IMG/VR virus record: IMGVR_UViG_3300048598_000595
From: an uncultured virus (IMG/VR IMGVR_UViG_3300048598_000595)
Taxonomy: Duplodnaviria; Heunggongvirae; Uroviricota; Caudoviricetes
Length of the DNA stretch: 64,000 nucleotides
Direction: 5' to 3' (one strand)
The notes under the pieces are model-generated. The model searched no databases. It saw only the letters and a program-made list of their open reading frames with translations, and was not told the DNA's origin. Each line of letters starts with the position of its first letter. The first letter of the stretch is position 1. Below, in pieces: positions 28,947 to 38,057 of this stretch. The position numbers were made by a program, and so were the translations under genes.

Positions 28947-29281
28947 ATATAATCCGTAATTGACTTAATACCGGTACCGTCCGGATGGGGATCGTGCACC
29001 ATTTCGTAATTATGCCATACTACTGAATGCAACCGGTTCGGATATCTAGGAGATTTACCAGATACAATGTAATATTCAACATGCATCGGCGGATAAGTTC
29101 CCCAGTATAAGGCATAACCCGATGATTTTGCCCAGTCAATAAATCGTCCCCACCATTGGTCCACTGAATACGAACAAAAATTCGGGACGGTGGCGGGGTC
29201 CAACTCAAGTATGGAACAAACGCAAGCGCGGAAACAATCGCCGTTTTCAGGGTCAAGAATGGATTGTTTGATGTATTTCAT
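28925..29281 (-). CDS. Small papain/C39-like peptidase-fold protein
   Basis: Q...GDCFRAC, HSVV, VHDP give a Cys-His-Asp arrangement. Confidence 0.55.
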   Translation of the reverse strand: MKYIKQSILDPENGDCFRACVCSILELDPATVPNFCSYSVDQWWGRFIDWAKSSGYALYWGTYPPMHVEYYIVSGKSPRYPNRLHSVVWHNYEMVHDPHPDGTGIKSITDYIWLEKVG

Positions 29282-29531
29282 CGGTTAAATTCCCTTTCAT
29301 AGTATTCGGTGACTTTTTCGACGCACCGATCACCGCCCTGGTCGGTCGAATACTTGCACTGATGATAAACCGGGCAAACTTCACACGGACTAGTTATGGT
29401 TTCGAAAACCGCTTCACCAACCCGGTCATCATCAAAACGAAACACAGCCATGATGAAAACCTCCTTATGTTTGGTTGTATATCTCAAAACATGTCCAGTC
29501 TTTCGCCATTTCTGCAAGTTCCCGGACAATA

Positions 29532-30068
29532 TCATCCGGAGTTTTGTTGGTAAATCCCGGTTGACATTGCAGCAATCCAATGGCAGCAATTAAAAGATTT
29601 CCATCCGGCGAATTGGTATTGATTTTCATGGCAGCCGGCATGACCTTTAATCCAAATCCACTCAATTTTCAGTCCATCGCTTAATCCATGAAGCTTGTCC
29701 CATAAATACTGATTGTTTGCGGGGCAATGATTGTTTAAATCGTCTAGTTCACCTATACCATTCATCCCATCAACTAAGTACGTGCTATCGGAATAAACTT
29801 TGTAGTGATGCTGAATTGATATTCTTGGATTGTTCCGGATGCACTGTAACGCTTCAACTGCTGCAGTCAATTCCATTTCGTTGATAGTTGTGACATTATA
29901 ACCGCCGGAACCCTCGTAATGATGAGTCATTTTGCCTAATTGATTATCAGCCCGGGCTTTTCTAATTTGAATTAAGTAGGCCCAACCGCCCGGGCCGTGT
30001 CCATTGTTTCGGTATATGCAGGATCCGTCAGTCCAGATTGCAACGATTCGTTTTTTATTGCAGCCCAT
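29532..30068 (-). CDS. rnhA: Ribonuclease HI-like protein with aberrant C-terminus
   Basis: WTDGSC, GPGGW, TTINEMELTA, YSDSTY, WIKGHAG; last helix replaced; likely start ATG at 30068. Confidence 0.75.
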   Translation of the reverse strand: MGCNKKRIVAIWTDGSCIYRNNGHGPGGWAYLIQIRKARADNQLGKMTHHYEGSGGYNVTTINEMELTAAVEALQCIRNNPRISIQHHYKVYSDSTYLVDGMNGIGELDDLNNHCPANNQYLWDKLHGLSDGLKIEWIWIKGHAGCHENQYQFAGWKSFNCCHWIAAMSTGIYQQNSG

Positions 30069-30226
30069 CGATTTTGTTTGAATATTCGTGATAGCTATCC
30101 TCCACAAACTCAGACCAATCAGACCAATTGTACTCTAGCAAAGGAAAATCTAAGCCTGTTTCGCAATGTCGCTTACTTCCGCGCTCATCATTAAAGTCAA
30201 AAATGGCCATATTTTAAAAACCTCCT

Positions 30227-30496
30227 TTACCTTTCGTGATATGCTTTTAATAGCCTATATTTAGGTACTCTGCCGTTAAATAAGTAATTAAACTTGTTTG
30301 TTTGCTTTTTAAGGCTTTCGCCCTTTGGACCATTGTTTGCTGGAAGTCCATGTTTTTTTCTCCATGCAAGGATAGGTCCGGCGGTAAAGTATCCGCGATT
30401 TAATGCGATTTGCAAATCACTGTATCCTTTGTTGTACAGTTTCATTCTTGTTTGATGCTCTTCTTTTGAAATTGATGGCCGCCCTTTCAAAATCAA
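30227..30496 (-). CDS. HTH DNA-binding protein
   Basis: RMKLYNKGYSDLQIA...ILAWRKKHGLPAN. Confidence 0.55.
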   Translation of the reverse strand: MILKGRPSISKEEHQTRMKLYNKGYSDLQIALNRGYFTAGPILAWRKKHGLPANNGPKGESLKKQTNKFNYLFNGRVPKYRLLKAYHER

Positions 30497-30507
30497 GCCT
30501 CCCTTAA

Positions 30508-30539
30508 TCGTTTTATCAACATTGACAAGTGTTTCAAAA
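30508..30539 (+). repeat. Left copy of a 32-bp inverted repeat flanking the Tad1 cassette
   Basis: tcgttttatcaacattgacaagtgtttcaaaa; 31/32 identical to the reverse complement of 31389-31420. Confidence 0.95.
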
Positions 30540-30562
30540 TCAATCCAACAGTTATTTGATGA

Positions 30563-31024
30563 TTATACCTGGCTTGTCCCTTCAACTTGGCGATTTTCCC
30601 GTTCCTGTTTCCGTTTCATGCTCCATAAAAGCGCTTCATCCAGCTTGGTGATCATCATGCTAGTTTCCCGACAAGGAACCCGCTGATTAAATACTTGCAG
30701 TACATCCCGGGCAAACTCGATAAGGTCATCAATCTGGCATCCATTGACTCCGATTTCTTTGATGGGACCGCCCTGGCCGATGAAAGTTACGCTATCATCT
30801 TGAACATATACGAAGGGCTTCCATTCTCCATTTGGTATCGGATAGGCTCTTTGGCCTTCTGGTCTTGCCATTCTGCCGACTATATCAAAGTACATGCAGT
30901 CACCGTCTTGGATTTCGATTTCTTGACTTTCAGCAGGTTCGAGGCGATATTCTTTATCACCGCAACAAAAATCGATGGTCATTGAATCATTCAATTGATT
31001 TTTAGCTAAAACTTTTATGCTCAT
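30563..31024 (-). CDS. tad1: Tad1-like cyclic-nucleotide sponge (anti-Thoeris/CBASS) with extra N-terminal domain
   Basis: QGGPIKEIGVNG..DDLIE...F...PCRETSMMITKLDEALLW..R..R..RQVEGT matches the Tad1 consensus as I recall it. Confidence 0.75.
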   Translation of the reverse strand: MSIKVLAKNQLNDSMTIDFCCGDKEYRLEPAESQEIEIQDGDCMYFDIVGRMARPEGQRAYPIPNGEWKPFVYVQDDSVTFIGQGGPIKEIGVNGCQIDDLIEFARDVLQVFNQRVPCRETSMMITKLDEALLWSMKRKQERENRQVEGTSQV

Positions 31025-31039
31025 AAACCTAACACCCCT

Positions 31040-31297
31040 TTAAATTCTATTGCTTATTTGTCTTGATTCCATTTCGATTTGTTGAGCGGCTGTTTCAATT
31101 AAAGAAACTAAATTCTCAACACTAGAAGTGTCTACGCTACTAATTTTTTCCCCGGGGATTGTGTTGCATGGCGATGGGGAAAATAGCTTTCCATTAATTG
31201 ACCGAATGTTGGATAGTGCTTCCCCAAGAGACGACCAAGATTTCTCTAGTCGATCTCTTAATATGGATTCCGGTTGAGTTGCTGGTTGGTTTCCCAT
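31040..31297 (-). CDS. Small helical hypothetical protein in the IR-flanked cassette
   Basis: RBS ggagg; two predicted amphipathic helices. Confidence 0.55.
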   Translation of the reverse strand: MGNQPATQPESILRDRLEKSWSSLGEALSNIRSINGKLFSPSPCNTIPGEKISSVDTSSVENLVSLIETAAQQIEMESRQISNRI

Positions 31298-31388
31298 AGA
31301 TTTTATTTATCCTCCATTTTAGTAAATTTGTTAATAATTAGGAAATCGTTGCTTTTTGTCGGTACTGTCGGATCGTGAATGATCAAAT

Positions 31389-31420
31389 TTTTGAAACACT
31401 TGTCAATATTGATAAAACGA
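31389..31420 (-). repeat. Right copy of the 32-bp inverted repeat
   Basis: ttttgaaacacttgtcaatattgataaaacga. Confidence 0.95.
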
Positions 31421-31597
31421 CTTGATTTTTTTATCGAATTATCTATATCTTAGATTCTATTAAATTCATTGATTATTTATAAACCTTGATAAATCAATGG
31501 TTCTAAAACATCCTATTTTTTAATTTAATGTACTCCATTTTATAGATAATTTATAAATGAGTAATAACCATGTTTTAAACCGTTTTACTATTTTCTA

Positions 31598-32911
31598 TTA
31601 ATAGGTCTTAGTCTTGGTTGCACCCGCTAGTTTAAAAGTTGATTTTTCAGGAAAGAAATCGAATAGGACATCTTTGTCCTTGATTCCATAGCGATTTTTA
31701 GCTATATTATCCCTGATTACCCATTCCGGGTCGTCGTTACGCCGGTAGAGAAATTGAATTGAACTTGCTGCTTGCTCTAAATTCCCGGTTTCATTCAAAT
31801 CCGAAAATACCGGTTTGGGGTCTTTCCGTTTGTAAATATCACGGTTAAGTTGACATATTAGATAAATTGGAATTCTTAATTCACGGCCAATTTTTTTAAG
31901 TACTCGTAATGAACCATTCAATTCAGCCCTGGAATTACCATGGATTTCATATTCAGGCTTCATCAATTGAAAAAAATCGATGATTATCAATTTGATTCCA
32001 TATTTTTTTTTCAATTTACGGCCGCGAATTAAAATATCCGATGCCTTGGTTTCCGTTGAGTCGTCAATAATAATTGGATAATTGCTTAGTTTTGAAGCTT
32101 TTTGAGTTAAATGATCAATATCTTCCAGTTTCAGAAGATTTACATTTCGGAATGCCATGGAATCCATCTGGGCTTCGAGAGCAAGAAATTTTCCTTGCAG
32201 CTGCTCCTTGGACATTTCAAGTGAAGCAAAATATACTGGACCGAAATTGATGGCGACAGTCCTGGCAATATTGATAACCTTGGTTGTCTTTCCGGTACCC
32301 GGTGGAGCTGCCAAAATATTTATGGTGTCCGGGTCCAGTCCACCAAGAATATAATCCAAAGCGTCATACCCTGTTCGTAATCCAGTGATTGATTTTTGAG
32401 CCCGTATTTTAGCCTCCAAATCATCCACAAAATCCAATATACCGTCACCAATCATCTGTATTTTTTCTTGTCTGGAATTTTTATCTAGTCGTTCAGAGTC
32501 TTCAAGGATACCTTGCGAAACTACGTCGTTGGGATCTGCTCCGTTCTGTAACTGCTGTATTCGCTGCTGATATTGAAATATGCTTTGCCTAGATAAGCTA
32601 TGTTTTTTAACAATACCAATGTAATCCGGGACTCGTTTGATGTCTGGATAGTATCTCATCATCTCGGCCCAGACCGCATGAGTTAACCCAGACGAATCCT
32701 TTTTGTTTTGGGGTATGCTGTCAAAAACCCCCACTGGATCAATTGGTTGACGATCCTCTGAGCATTTTTTAAACGAATCCCAAAAAAGCTTGTTTTGGGG
32801 TCTGACAAAATCATCTGTCAAAACTTGATCTTGGATATCATCAAAGAGTTCCAAACCGTAATTCATAACAGAACTAATCAAATAATTTTCAGCTTCCAGA
32901 TTCCCTTGCAT
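31598..32911 (-). CDS. dnaB: Replicative DnaB-like helicase
   Basis: AAPPGTGKT, FASLEMS, IIIDFFQLM, QLNR, SDLNETGNLEQ, AKNRYG. Confidence 0.92.
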   Translation of the reverse strand: MQGNLEAENYLISSVMNYGLELFDDIQDQVLTDDFVRPQNKLFWDSFKKCSEDRQPIDPVGVFDSIPQNKKDSSGLTHAVWAEMMRYYPDIKRVPDYIGIVKKHSLSRQSIFQYQQRIQQLQNGADPNDVVSQGILEDSERLDKNSRQEKIQMIGDGILDFVDDLEAKIRAQKSITGLRTGYDALDYILGGLDPDTINILAAPPGTGKTTKVINIARTVAINFGPVYFASLEMSKEQLQGKFLALEAQMDSMAFRNVNLLKLEDIDHLTQKASKLSNYPIIIDDSTETKASDILIRGRKLKKKYGIKLIIIDFFQLMKPEYEIHGNSRAELNGSLRVLKKIGRELRIPIYLICQLNRDIYKRKDPKPVFSDLNETGNLEQAASSIQFLYRRNDDPEWVIRDNIAKNRYGIKDKDVLFDFFPEKSTFKLAGATKTKTY

Positions 32912-33692
32912 CTCCGCGACACCTCGCTAAATATGACTCAAGCTCTATATCCACATCTGTTATGATTGTTTCTCCATCTGGAGGCTCCGGGGGTAAACCA
33001 TCTAAGTAATCCAAAAATGGTTTGTTTGGTCCTATAAATGTACTGGGATTCTTTATGTATTGCAGTTCGGTCCCTTCATGAAGTGATGTTAAATATTTTT
33101 TAGCCGCAGTGATCATCTGTTCAGGAGTATAGCCGTCCTTTATCCGGGTATTCCAACATTTAAAAACTTTTATCTTTTCAATTTTTTTTGGATATCCTTT
33201 CCAAAAAAAATCAAATTCAGGGGTATAATTTAGTTCTTTATGGTTATAGTTCAATAGCTTTAGTTCGGGTGCATGTGGTGCAGTACCCTCCTGCACAGTG
33301 TGCACCACCTCGGGTGCATGTGGTGCAGTACCCTCCTGCACAGTGTGCACCACCTCTTGAGTGGAAGATTCATCAAAAGTTACTTTGGGTGGAATGTATC
33401 GCAATATATATAAATTGCTTAAATTCTTGGAACCTTCCCGGCGATAGACCTTTCGTATGTACTCCCGGGTTTCTAGTTCTTTTAAACAGTACCGGACCTT
33501 ACGTTCACTTATACCGGACAGTTTTGCCAAAGTATCAATGGATGGCCAACATTTTTTATCCGCGCTATTTGCAAACCGGCTAAGATAAACGTATAATAAC
33601 CGAGCTTCTTTGCTTAGTTCCAAATCGTCCAGCACTGCATTTTCAACGATGGTATAATGCCATCCCTCTTGCTGAATTTGGCATTCAGCCAT
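32889..33692 (-). CDS. Replication initiator (N-terminal winged HTH, internal iterons)
   Basis: LSKEARLLY..L...CWPSIDTLA; C-terminal FDFFWKGYPKK...YIKNPSTF; directly upstream of dnaB. Confidence 0.85.
   Translation of the reverse strand: MAECQIQQEGWHYTIVENAVLDDLELSKEARLLYVYLSRFANSADKKCWPSIDTLAKLSGISERKVRYCLKELETREYIRKVYRREGSKNLSNLYILRYIPPKVTFDESSTQEVVHTVQEGTAPHAPEVVHTVQEGTAPHAPELKLLNYNHKELNYTPEFDFFWKGYPKKIEKIKVFKCWNTRIKDGYTPEQMITAAKKYLTSLHEGTELQYIKNPSTFIGPNKPFLDYLDGLPPEPPDGETIITDVDIELESYLARCRGDARESGS
33265..33356. repeat. Two 45-bp direct repeats (probable origin iterons) next to an AT-rich tract
   Basis: tcgggtgcatgtggtgcagtaccctcctgcacagtgtgcaccacc occurs twice. Confidence 0.75.
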
Positions 33693-33790
33693 GTTAGTCC
33701 ACTCCTTGAAATAGATTTAATTATTTGGATGTACGTATTAAATACACGGAGGACCGCGAACCATTGAAATCACCAATCTTTCATAATTGA

Positions 33791-34000
33791 TTAACCGTCA
33801 CCGGAACCGTAACCGGAACCGTCACCGTCACCGTAACCGGAACCGGAACCGTCACCGTCACCGGAACCGTAACCGGAACCGTCACCGTCACCGTAACCGG
33901 AACCGGAACCGTCACCGTCACCGGAACCGTAACCGGAACCGTCACCGTCACCGTCACCGGAACCGGAACCGTAACCGGAAATTTTCTCTAAGCTCTCCAT
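33791..34000 (-). CDS. Gly-X (S/D/Y) repeat micro-protein
   Basis: MESLEKISGYGSGSGDGDG...; start overlaps the end of the upstream gene. Confidence 0.6.
   Translation of the reverse strand: MESLEKISGYGSGSGDGDGDGSGYGSGDGDGSGSGYGDGDGSGYGSGDGDGSGSGYGDGDGSGYGSGDG
33794..33980. repeat. Hexamer array ccgNNa with 60-bp higher-order period
   Basis: Units ccgtca/ccggaa/ccgtaa; consecutive 60-nt lines nearly identical. Confidence 0.95.
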
Positions 34001-34281
34001 GCCGTCACCTTCTCGATGGATGCTTTAGCTGCATCCGTAACCGATAGAATTTCAATTGCTTGTAACAAAGTTACTTCCGGTACGGCGACAGGAAATTTAC
34101 AACTTTCCGGTCGAGAGGTTCCTTCAACAGCTAATTGGGATAATGACGCTGCCCCGGACCAGTACCAGAGCCTCCTGGCGTTAGTCAGTACGACCTCTTG
34201 ACCATCACGGGATTTTAATTCCCCCGCAAAAACCCCCGCTGAATAAGTCCTCACAATTACATACTGTTCATTTTGTTCCAC
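33988..34281 (-). CDS. DUF6948-like small phage protein (likely GTG start at 34281)
   Basis: YVIVRTYSAGVFAG...LTNARRLWYWSGAASLSQLA. Confidence 0.7.
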   Translation of the reverse strand: MEQNEQYVIVRTYSAGVFAGELKSRDGQEVVLTNARRLWYWSGAASLSQLAVEGTSRPESCKFPVAVPEVTLLQAIEILSVTDAAKASIEKVTAWRA

Positions 34282-34334
34282 TGTTTTATCCCCTTTTGTT
34301 ATTTTATTAAAAGGGTTGTCCCCTTTAATAATCT

Positions 34335-35345
34335 TTAAAATAAACTCATTTGGCCAACGGACTTCCAATCAACTTCTTTATTAACCGGTATTTCTAAAGG
34401 TACCGGAGCTGATTGTGTAACCGTAAAAACTTTTTCATCAATCGTCCATCCTAATTTTTGCCCCGGCCAGGGCCTGACTAAAATTTCTTTGATATAATCA
34501 ACCTCACCAATGGTGACGGAACACCCCAATTCGATTCCCCGTCCGGTCTGGCGCAACCGATCAGAATTAATTTTTTTGGCTATCCAATAATCAAAAATTG
34601 GATCAATTGGTTCATACTCCAGCGATATGGAGCCATTATCATAAATTATCCGGCATTTCGGATGATTTTGTGTTGGCGCTGGCTCCGGTACCGGACCGGA
34701 TCGATTCGGCGAGCTGATCGGCTCACTGGGTCCCGCCGGCGGATGCGTCCGGAGATCAATTTTTTCACACCAGCTTTTTAGTTGCTTATCCCGCTTTTCA
34801 GGGTCTTTTTCGTCCGGGTCAAGTCCTTGGCCCTGGGCGATACCAAATACATAATCTGCTTCCTGGTGGGTGAACATGCCACCCAACCGGCCGCCATCTC
34901 CGGTGGCCGTCCAGCGCTCCCGGGGTAAATGGCGATATAACCAAAACAAAAAATTTTCGGATTTCGTTTCAAAATCGATATAAGCGGTTTGATCGTCATA
35001 CCGTATCCGGCAATGTTTCGAAGTTTCAAATTTACCGGTTATAAATTCTTCCGGATCCCGGCCATTTTCAATCAGGCTGATTTTTGAATAATGATCATAC
35101 GCCAGGGTGAAAATTTGGCTAAAATATACCGTGTCCATGGTCCAACATTTTTCATCATCAAAATATGCCCGATTTGTTTTCGGTACCAGCTGCTTTAGCT
35201 GATCATAAAAATCCGGTCGATAATCGCCCTCGATCCGAAATCGGGTATCAGCTGAGTTAATTGTTATCCGACATTCTGCCATGTTGATCACCCCCGCCGG
35301 TGATTTTTTATTTTGAGCCAAATAAGGATAAATGGCACGGTCCAC
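34335..35345 (-). CDS. Protein with three HARP-like repeats and C-terminal clamp-binding motif
   Basis: Repeat starts CRITIN, CRIRYDD, CRIIYDN; ends QMSLF. Confidence 0.5.
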   Translation of the reverse strand: MDRAIYPYLAQNKKSPAGVINMAECRITINSADTRFRIEGDYRPDFYDQLKQLVPKTNRAYFDDEKCWTMDTVYFSQIFTLAYDHYSKISLIENGRDPEEFITGKFETSKHCRIRYDDQTAYIDFETKSENFLFWLYRHLPRERWTATGDGGRLGGMFTHQEADYVFGIAQGQGLDPDEKDPEKRDKQLKSWCEKIDLRTHPPAGPSEPISSPNRSGPVPEPAPTQNHPKCRIIYDNGSISLEYEPIDPIFDYWIAKKINSDRLRQTGRGIELGCSVTIGEVDYIKEILVRPWPGQKLGWTIDEKVFTVTQSAPVPLEIPVNKEVDWKSVGQMSLF

Positions 35346-35677
35346 CAGCCCATAAAACCGGCCAGGTCATCAAAGTACCAGTCTCCCGAAATCTTCCGGG
35401 AGTCCACGCCGTATTGACGGATAAGATCCGGATGATTTTCGTTATAATAATCAAACTTCAAACCGGCTTTTTCAAGCTGATGTTTAGCCAGGCATAACAA
35501 ACAAGGATGCTTATTTAAGCAAGTCCGGCAAGTATTGAGTATTAAATAATGACCCTGCTTTTTAAACCACTTGATCCAAAACCGGGCTCCGATCCGGAAG
35601 GGTCCCGGCTCCGGCCAGCGGTTTCTTACAATCGTTCCGTCATAGTCAAATATGAGAACATATTTACCGTTTAACAT
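35288..35677 (-). CDS. Capless HAD-superfamily phosphatase (BT0820-like)
   Basis: DYDGTI, LNTCR, RKISGDWYFDD. Confidence 0.8.
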   Translation of the reverse strand: MLNGKYVLIFDYDGTIVRNRWPEPGPFRIGARFWIKWFKKQGHYLILNTCRTCLNKHPCLLCLAKHQLEKAGLKFDYYNENHPDLIRQYGVDSRKISGDWYFDDLAGFMGWWTVPFILIWLKIKNHRRG

Positions 35678-36554
35678 TAAACCCCCAGGTCTAAATTGAT
35701 TTGAGTTGGTGCTTTAATTTGGACGGCGGCCACTGAATTAAACCAAAGGACTTCAATCCGAGTTTTTCCAAGTTCCGTTTGATTTTTCTTGTATTCCGAA
35801 TGCCATCCCGAAAGCTCTTGAGTATACAATACATTTTCATAACTGGATATCATCACCGGACCCGGATGCTCCTGGAGGGACCGCAATAATTTTAAATGCT
35901 CTGCATTTGTCATTTCATTTTTATATAGCCTCCGGCTCCGAGTTTCCAATGGATAAGGCGGATCAGCATAGATTAAAACTTCAGGATACCGGTAATTTGA
36001 AATCAACTTTAGCGCGGGTAAATTTTCAATCTGAAGTTGTTTCAATCGTTCGGCAGCCTTGATAATGATTTCCGGTAACCGATCCCAGCGTTTTGGTGGA
36101 GCGTTAACCCCACCTTTTTTTGTTTTTGAATATTATGGGCCCAGGAACTTCGATCAGCAGTTTTCGCGCCAAATGACATCCAACATCGGATAAGCATTCT
36201 TCGGGCATCTTCCAAAGGTTCACCTGTCCGGATAAAATATTCAGTATTATCGGCGGTAATAGATTCCGGTAAAATTTCCTCGTATTCCGACCGATCCCAG
36301 GGAGTGAATTCGATCAGCCTGGCCAGTTCGTCGGGATGGTCGCGGATCACTTTAAAAAGATTGACAATATTTTTATCGATATCGTTGACGGTTTCAAGTG
36401 GTGATGGGTCTTTATAAAAAATATCCGCTAACGAACCACAGTATGGGTTCAAATATGTATGGTGTTTAATTTGGGCAATATACCCGCTTAACCATAGCCC
36501 AAGTCGCCATTTTGACCCCGGGTAACGGAGGATAGGGTTATCTATAACTGGCAT
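35677..36554 (-). CDS. Dam-like (D12 class) N6-adenine methyltransferase split across two frames at A_AAA_AAG (36114-36120)
   Basis: LRYPGSKW, PYCGS, ETVNDID in the first frame; WDRLPE..AAERLK..IYADPPY in the -1 frame. Confidence 0.8.
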
Positions 36555-37420
36555 GGCTTCGGAAACTCCATATATTTCTTACCATCCAGATAATTTCCTG
36601 ACAGCTCAGTTCCACAATTGACCATGGGTTGACCGTCGGTATACGTAATCGTTTCCTTATAGTACAGTTCCCCTTTTTCCCCTGGACACCATTTGCCCCA
36701 TTGCTTGAAAAAGAAAGGTGTTCCAGATTCCTTGCATTGATCCCGAATTGACCGGACCAAATCCGGATGGGTTGGCCGGGCTCTGTTCCCGGATTCACCA
36801 CCGACGATTACCCAATCAAGTTTTTTATCACTTCTTCCTTGGAGTGGTCTAATAACGCCATGATCGCCGGTCAAAGAATCGATTTCAACTTCACTTGTTT
36901 GAATATGCCTTAAATTAACCGGTCCAAGCATTGGTTCAATACTCACAAACCGGATCGCCGATGGTACTTGTAACAAAATAGGAATCCGTTTATCAGCCAT
37001 TTGCTGATTCTCGGTGGTTACCCCCAACCAAACATTGGGCCAACCCGAACCCCAATCATCAGGAAGCCGGCTCAAAATATTTTCCGGCCATTTTGAGAGT
37101 ATCAAATATACATAATGTGGGGTTCTGCGAATAATATCCCAGGCGGCCGGGCGCCAAGGATCAGCTTGTACATTAAAAAAGTCACCCCAGCTCAAAGTGA
37201 AAATCTTATCCCCGGGTTTGATATTTTTGGATTTCAAGGGAAAATAAAACGTATCATTTTTCGATTGAATCACGGTGACGGGATCTTGACCGTATCGTTT
37301 CTTATCCCGATACATATAGCAGTTTAAGCAACCAAAATACTGACTATCCGGATTTTTGGGGCATCCTTGAGCCCAATTCCAAGTGTGGTCTGTCCAGGAT
37401 ATCGTTGTATTTTCAGCCAT
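36542..37420 (-). CDS. DUF5131 (phage Gp37/Gp68) family protein
   Basis: ISWTDHTWN..GC...GCLNCY, NVWLGVTTENQ, SIEPMLG, DWVIVGGESG, FFFKQWG. Confidence 0.9.
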   Translation of the reverse strand: MAENTTISWTDHTWNWAQGCPKNPDSQYFGCLNCYMYRDKKRYGQDPVTVIQSKNDTFYFPLKSKNIKPGDKIFTLSWGDFFNVQADPWRPAAWDIIRRTPHYVYLILSKWPENILSRLPDDWGSGWPNVWLGVTTENQQMADKRIPILLQVPSAIRFVSIEPMLGPVNLRHIQTSEVEIDSLTGDHGVIRPLQGRSDKKLDWVIVGGESGNRARPTHPDLVRSIRDQCKESGTPFFFKQWGKWCPGEKGELYYKETITYTDGQPMVNCGTELSGNYLDGKKYMEFPKPCQL

Positions 37421-38057
37421 TCACTTTTCCCCCGTTCACTGCTTTTAAAATCCAAAGTAAATCAATGGGGTGGACTTCGATGGCCCCGGCCTCCCGGGCC
37501 CGTTCCTGGGCTCTGGGGGTGGTAAGATCATAATGGGGATGTTCCTGTTTATCCTGGTACCATTCCCGCTTCAATCCGAGTTTACCGGCAAACTCATGCA
37601 GGTGATCTTCATTTTTGGTGGATATCATATGACCCACCGAGTCAAATATAATTTGTTCAAAATTCCACAGTCCTTGGTGACCTTTCCATGGAATCGGTTT
37701 GCGAAATCTCACCGGGTTTTTCATCAGCAGCCCGATCCGGCCGGGGGAATAATCTCCAAAGTGGATTTCGGGTACCCCGGGATTATATCCATCAAGCGAA
37801 ATCACATCGTAAATTGTAACCATCCCGATGATGGCCCCCAAGGTGAATTCCTTGATATTCGCCGCTTCCAAATCCGATTTAATATACGGATTTTCCTGAC
37901 ATAAATTCAAAGCCCATTTGGGTGTTTTCGACGAAGTATGAATAAAAATGGGGCCCCGGTAATTTTTATATTTGATTTGGCCGGACCGGGTTTCGATTTT
38001 CTTAGCGCCGATGGCTAATAAGCTGGCGTATGGTTCGTAAAATGATAATGCTTTCAT
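37413..38057 (-). CDS. ASCH domain fused to a DUF4031-like domain
   Basis: ALSFYEPYASLLAIGAKKIETR...KGHQGLW, then LHEFAGKLGLKREWYQ..HYDLT..A..AGA. Confidence 0.8.
   Translation of the reverse strand: MKALSFYEPYASLLAIGAKKIETRSGQIKYKNYRGPIFIHTSSKTPKWALNLCQENPYIKSDLEAANIKEFTLGAIIGMVTIYDVISLDGYNPGVPEIHFGDYSPGRIGLLMKNPVRFRKPIPWKGHQGLWNFEQIIFDSVGHMISTKNEDHLHEFAGKLGLKREWYQDKQEHPHYDLTTPRAQERAREAGAIEVHPIDLLWILKAVNGGKVNG

Noticed and set aside
30522..31406. TTGACA hexamers in the inverted repeats as convergent promoters
   Set aside because: No credible -10 element 16-18 nt downstream of either copy.
33794..33980. CRISPR array
   Set aside because: Tandem hexamers with no spacers and no cas genes.
33787..34047. 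Plus-strand Arg-Asn/Arg-His repeat ORF
   Set aside because: Antisense shadow of the Gly-X repeat; opposite to the operon and no RBS.
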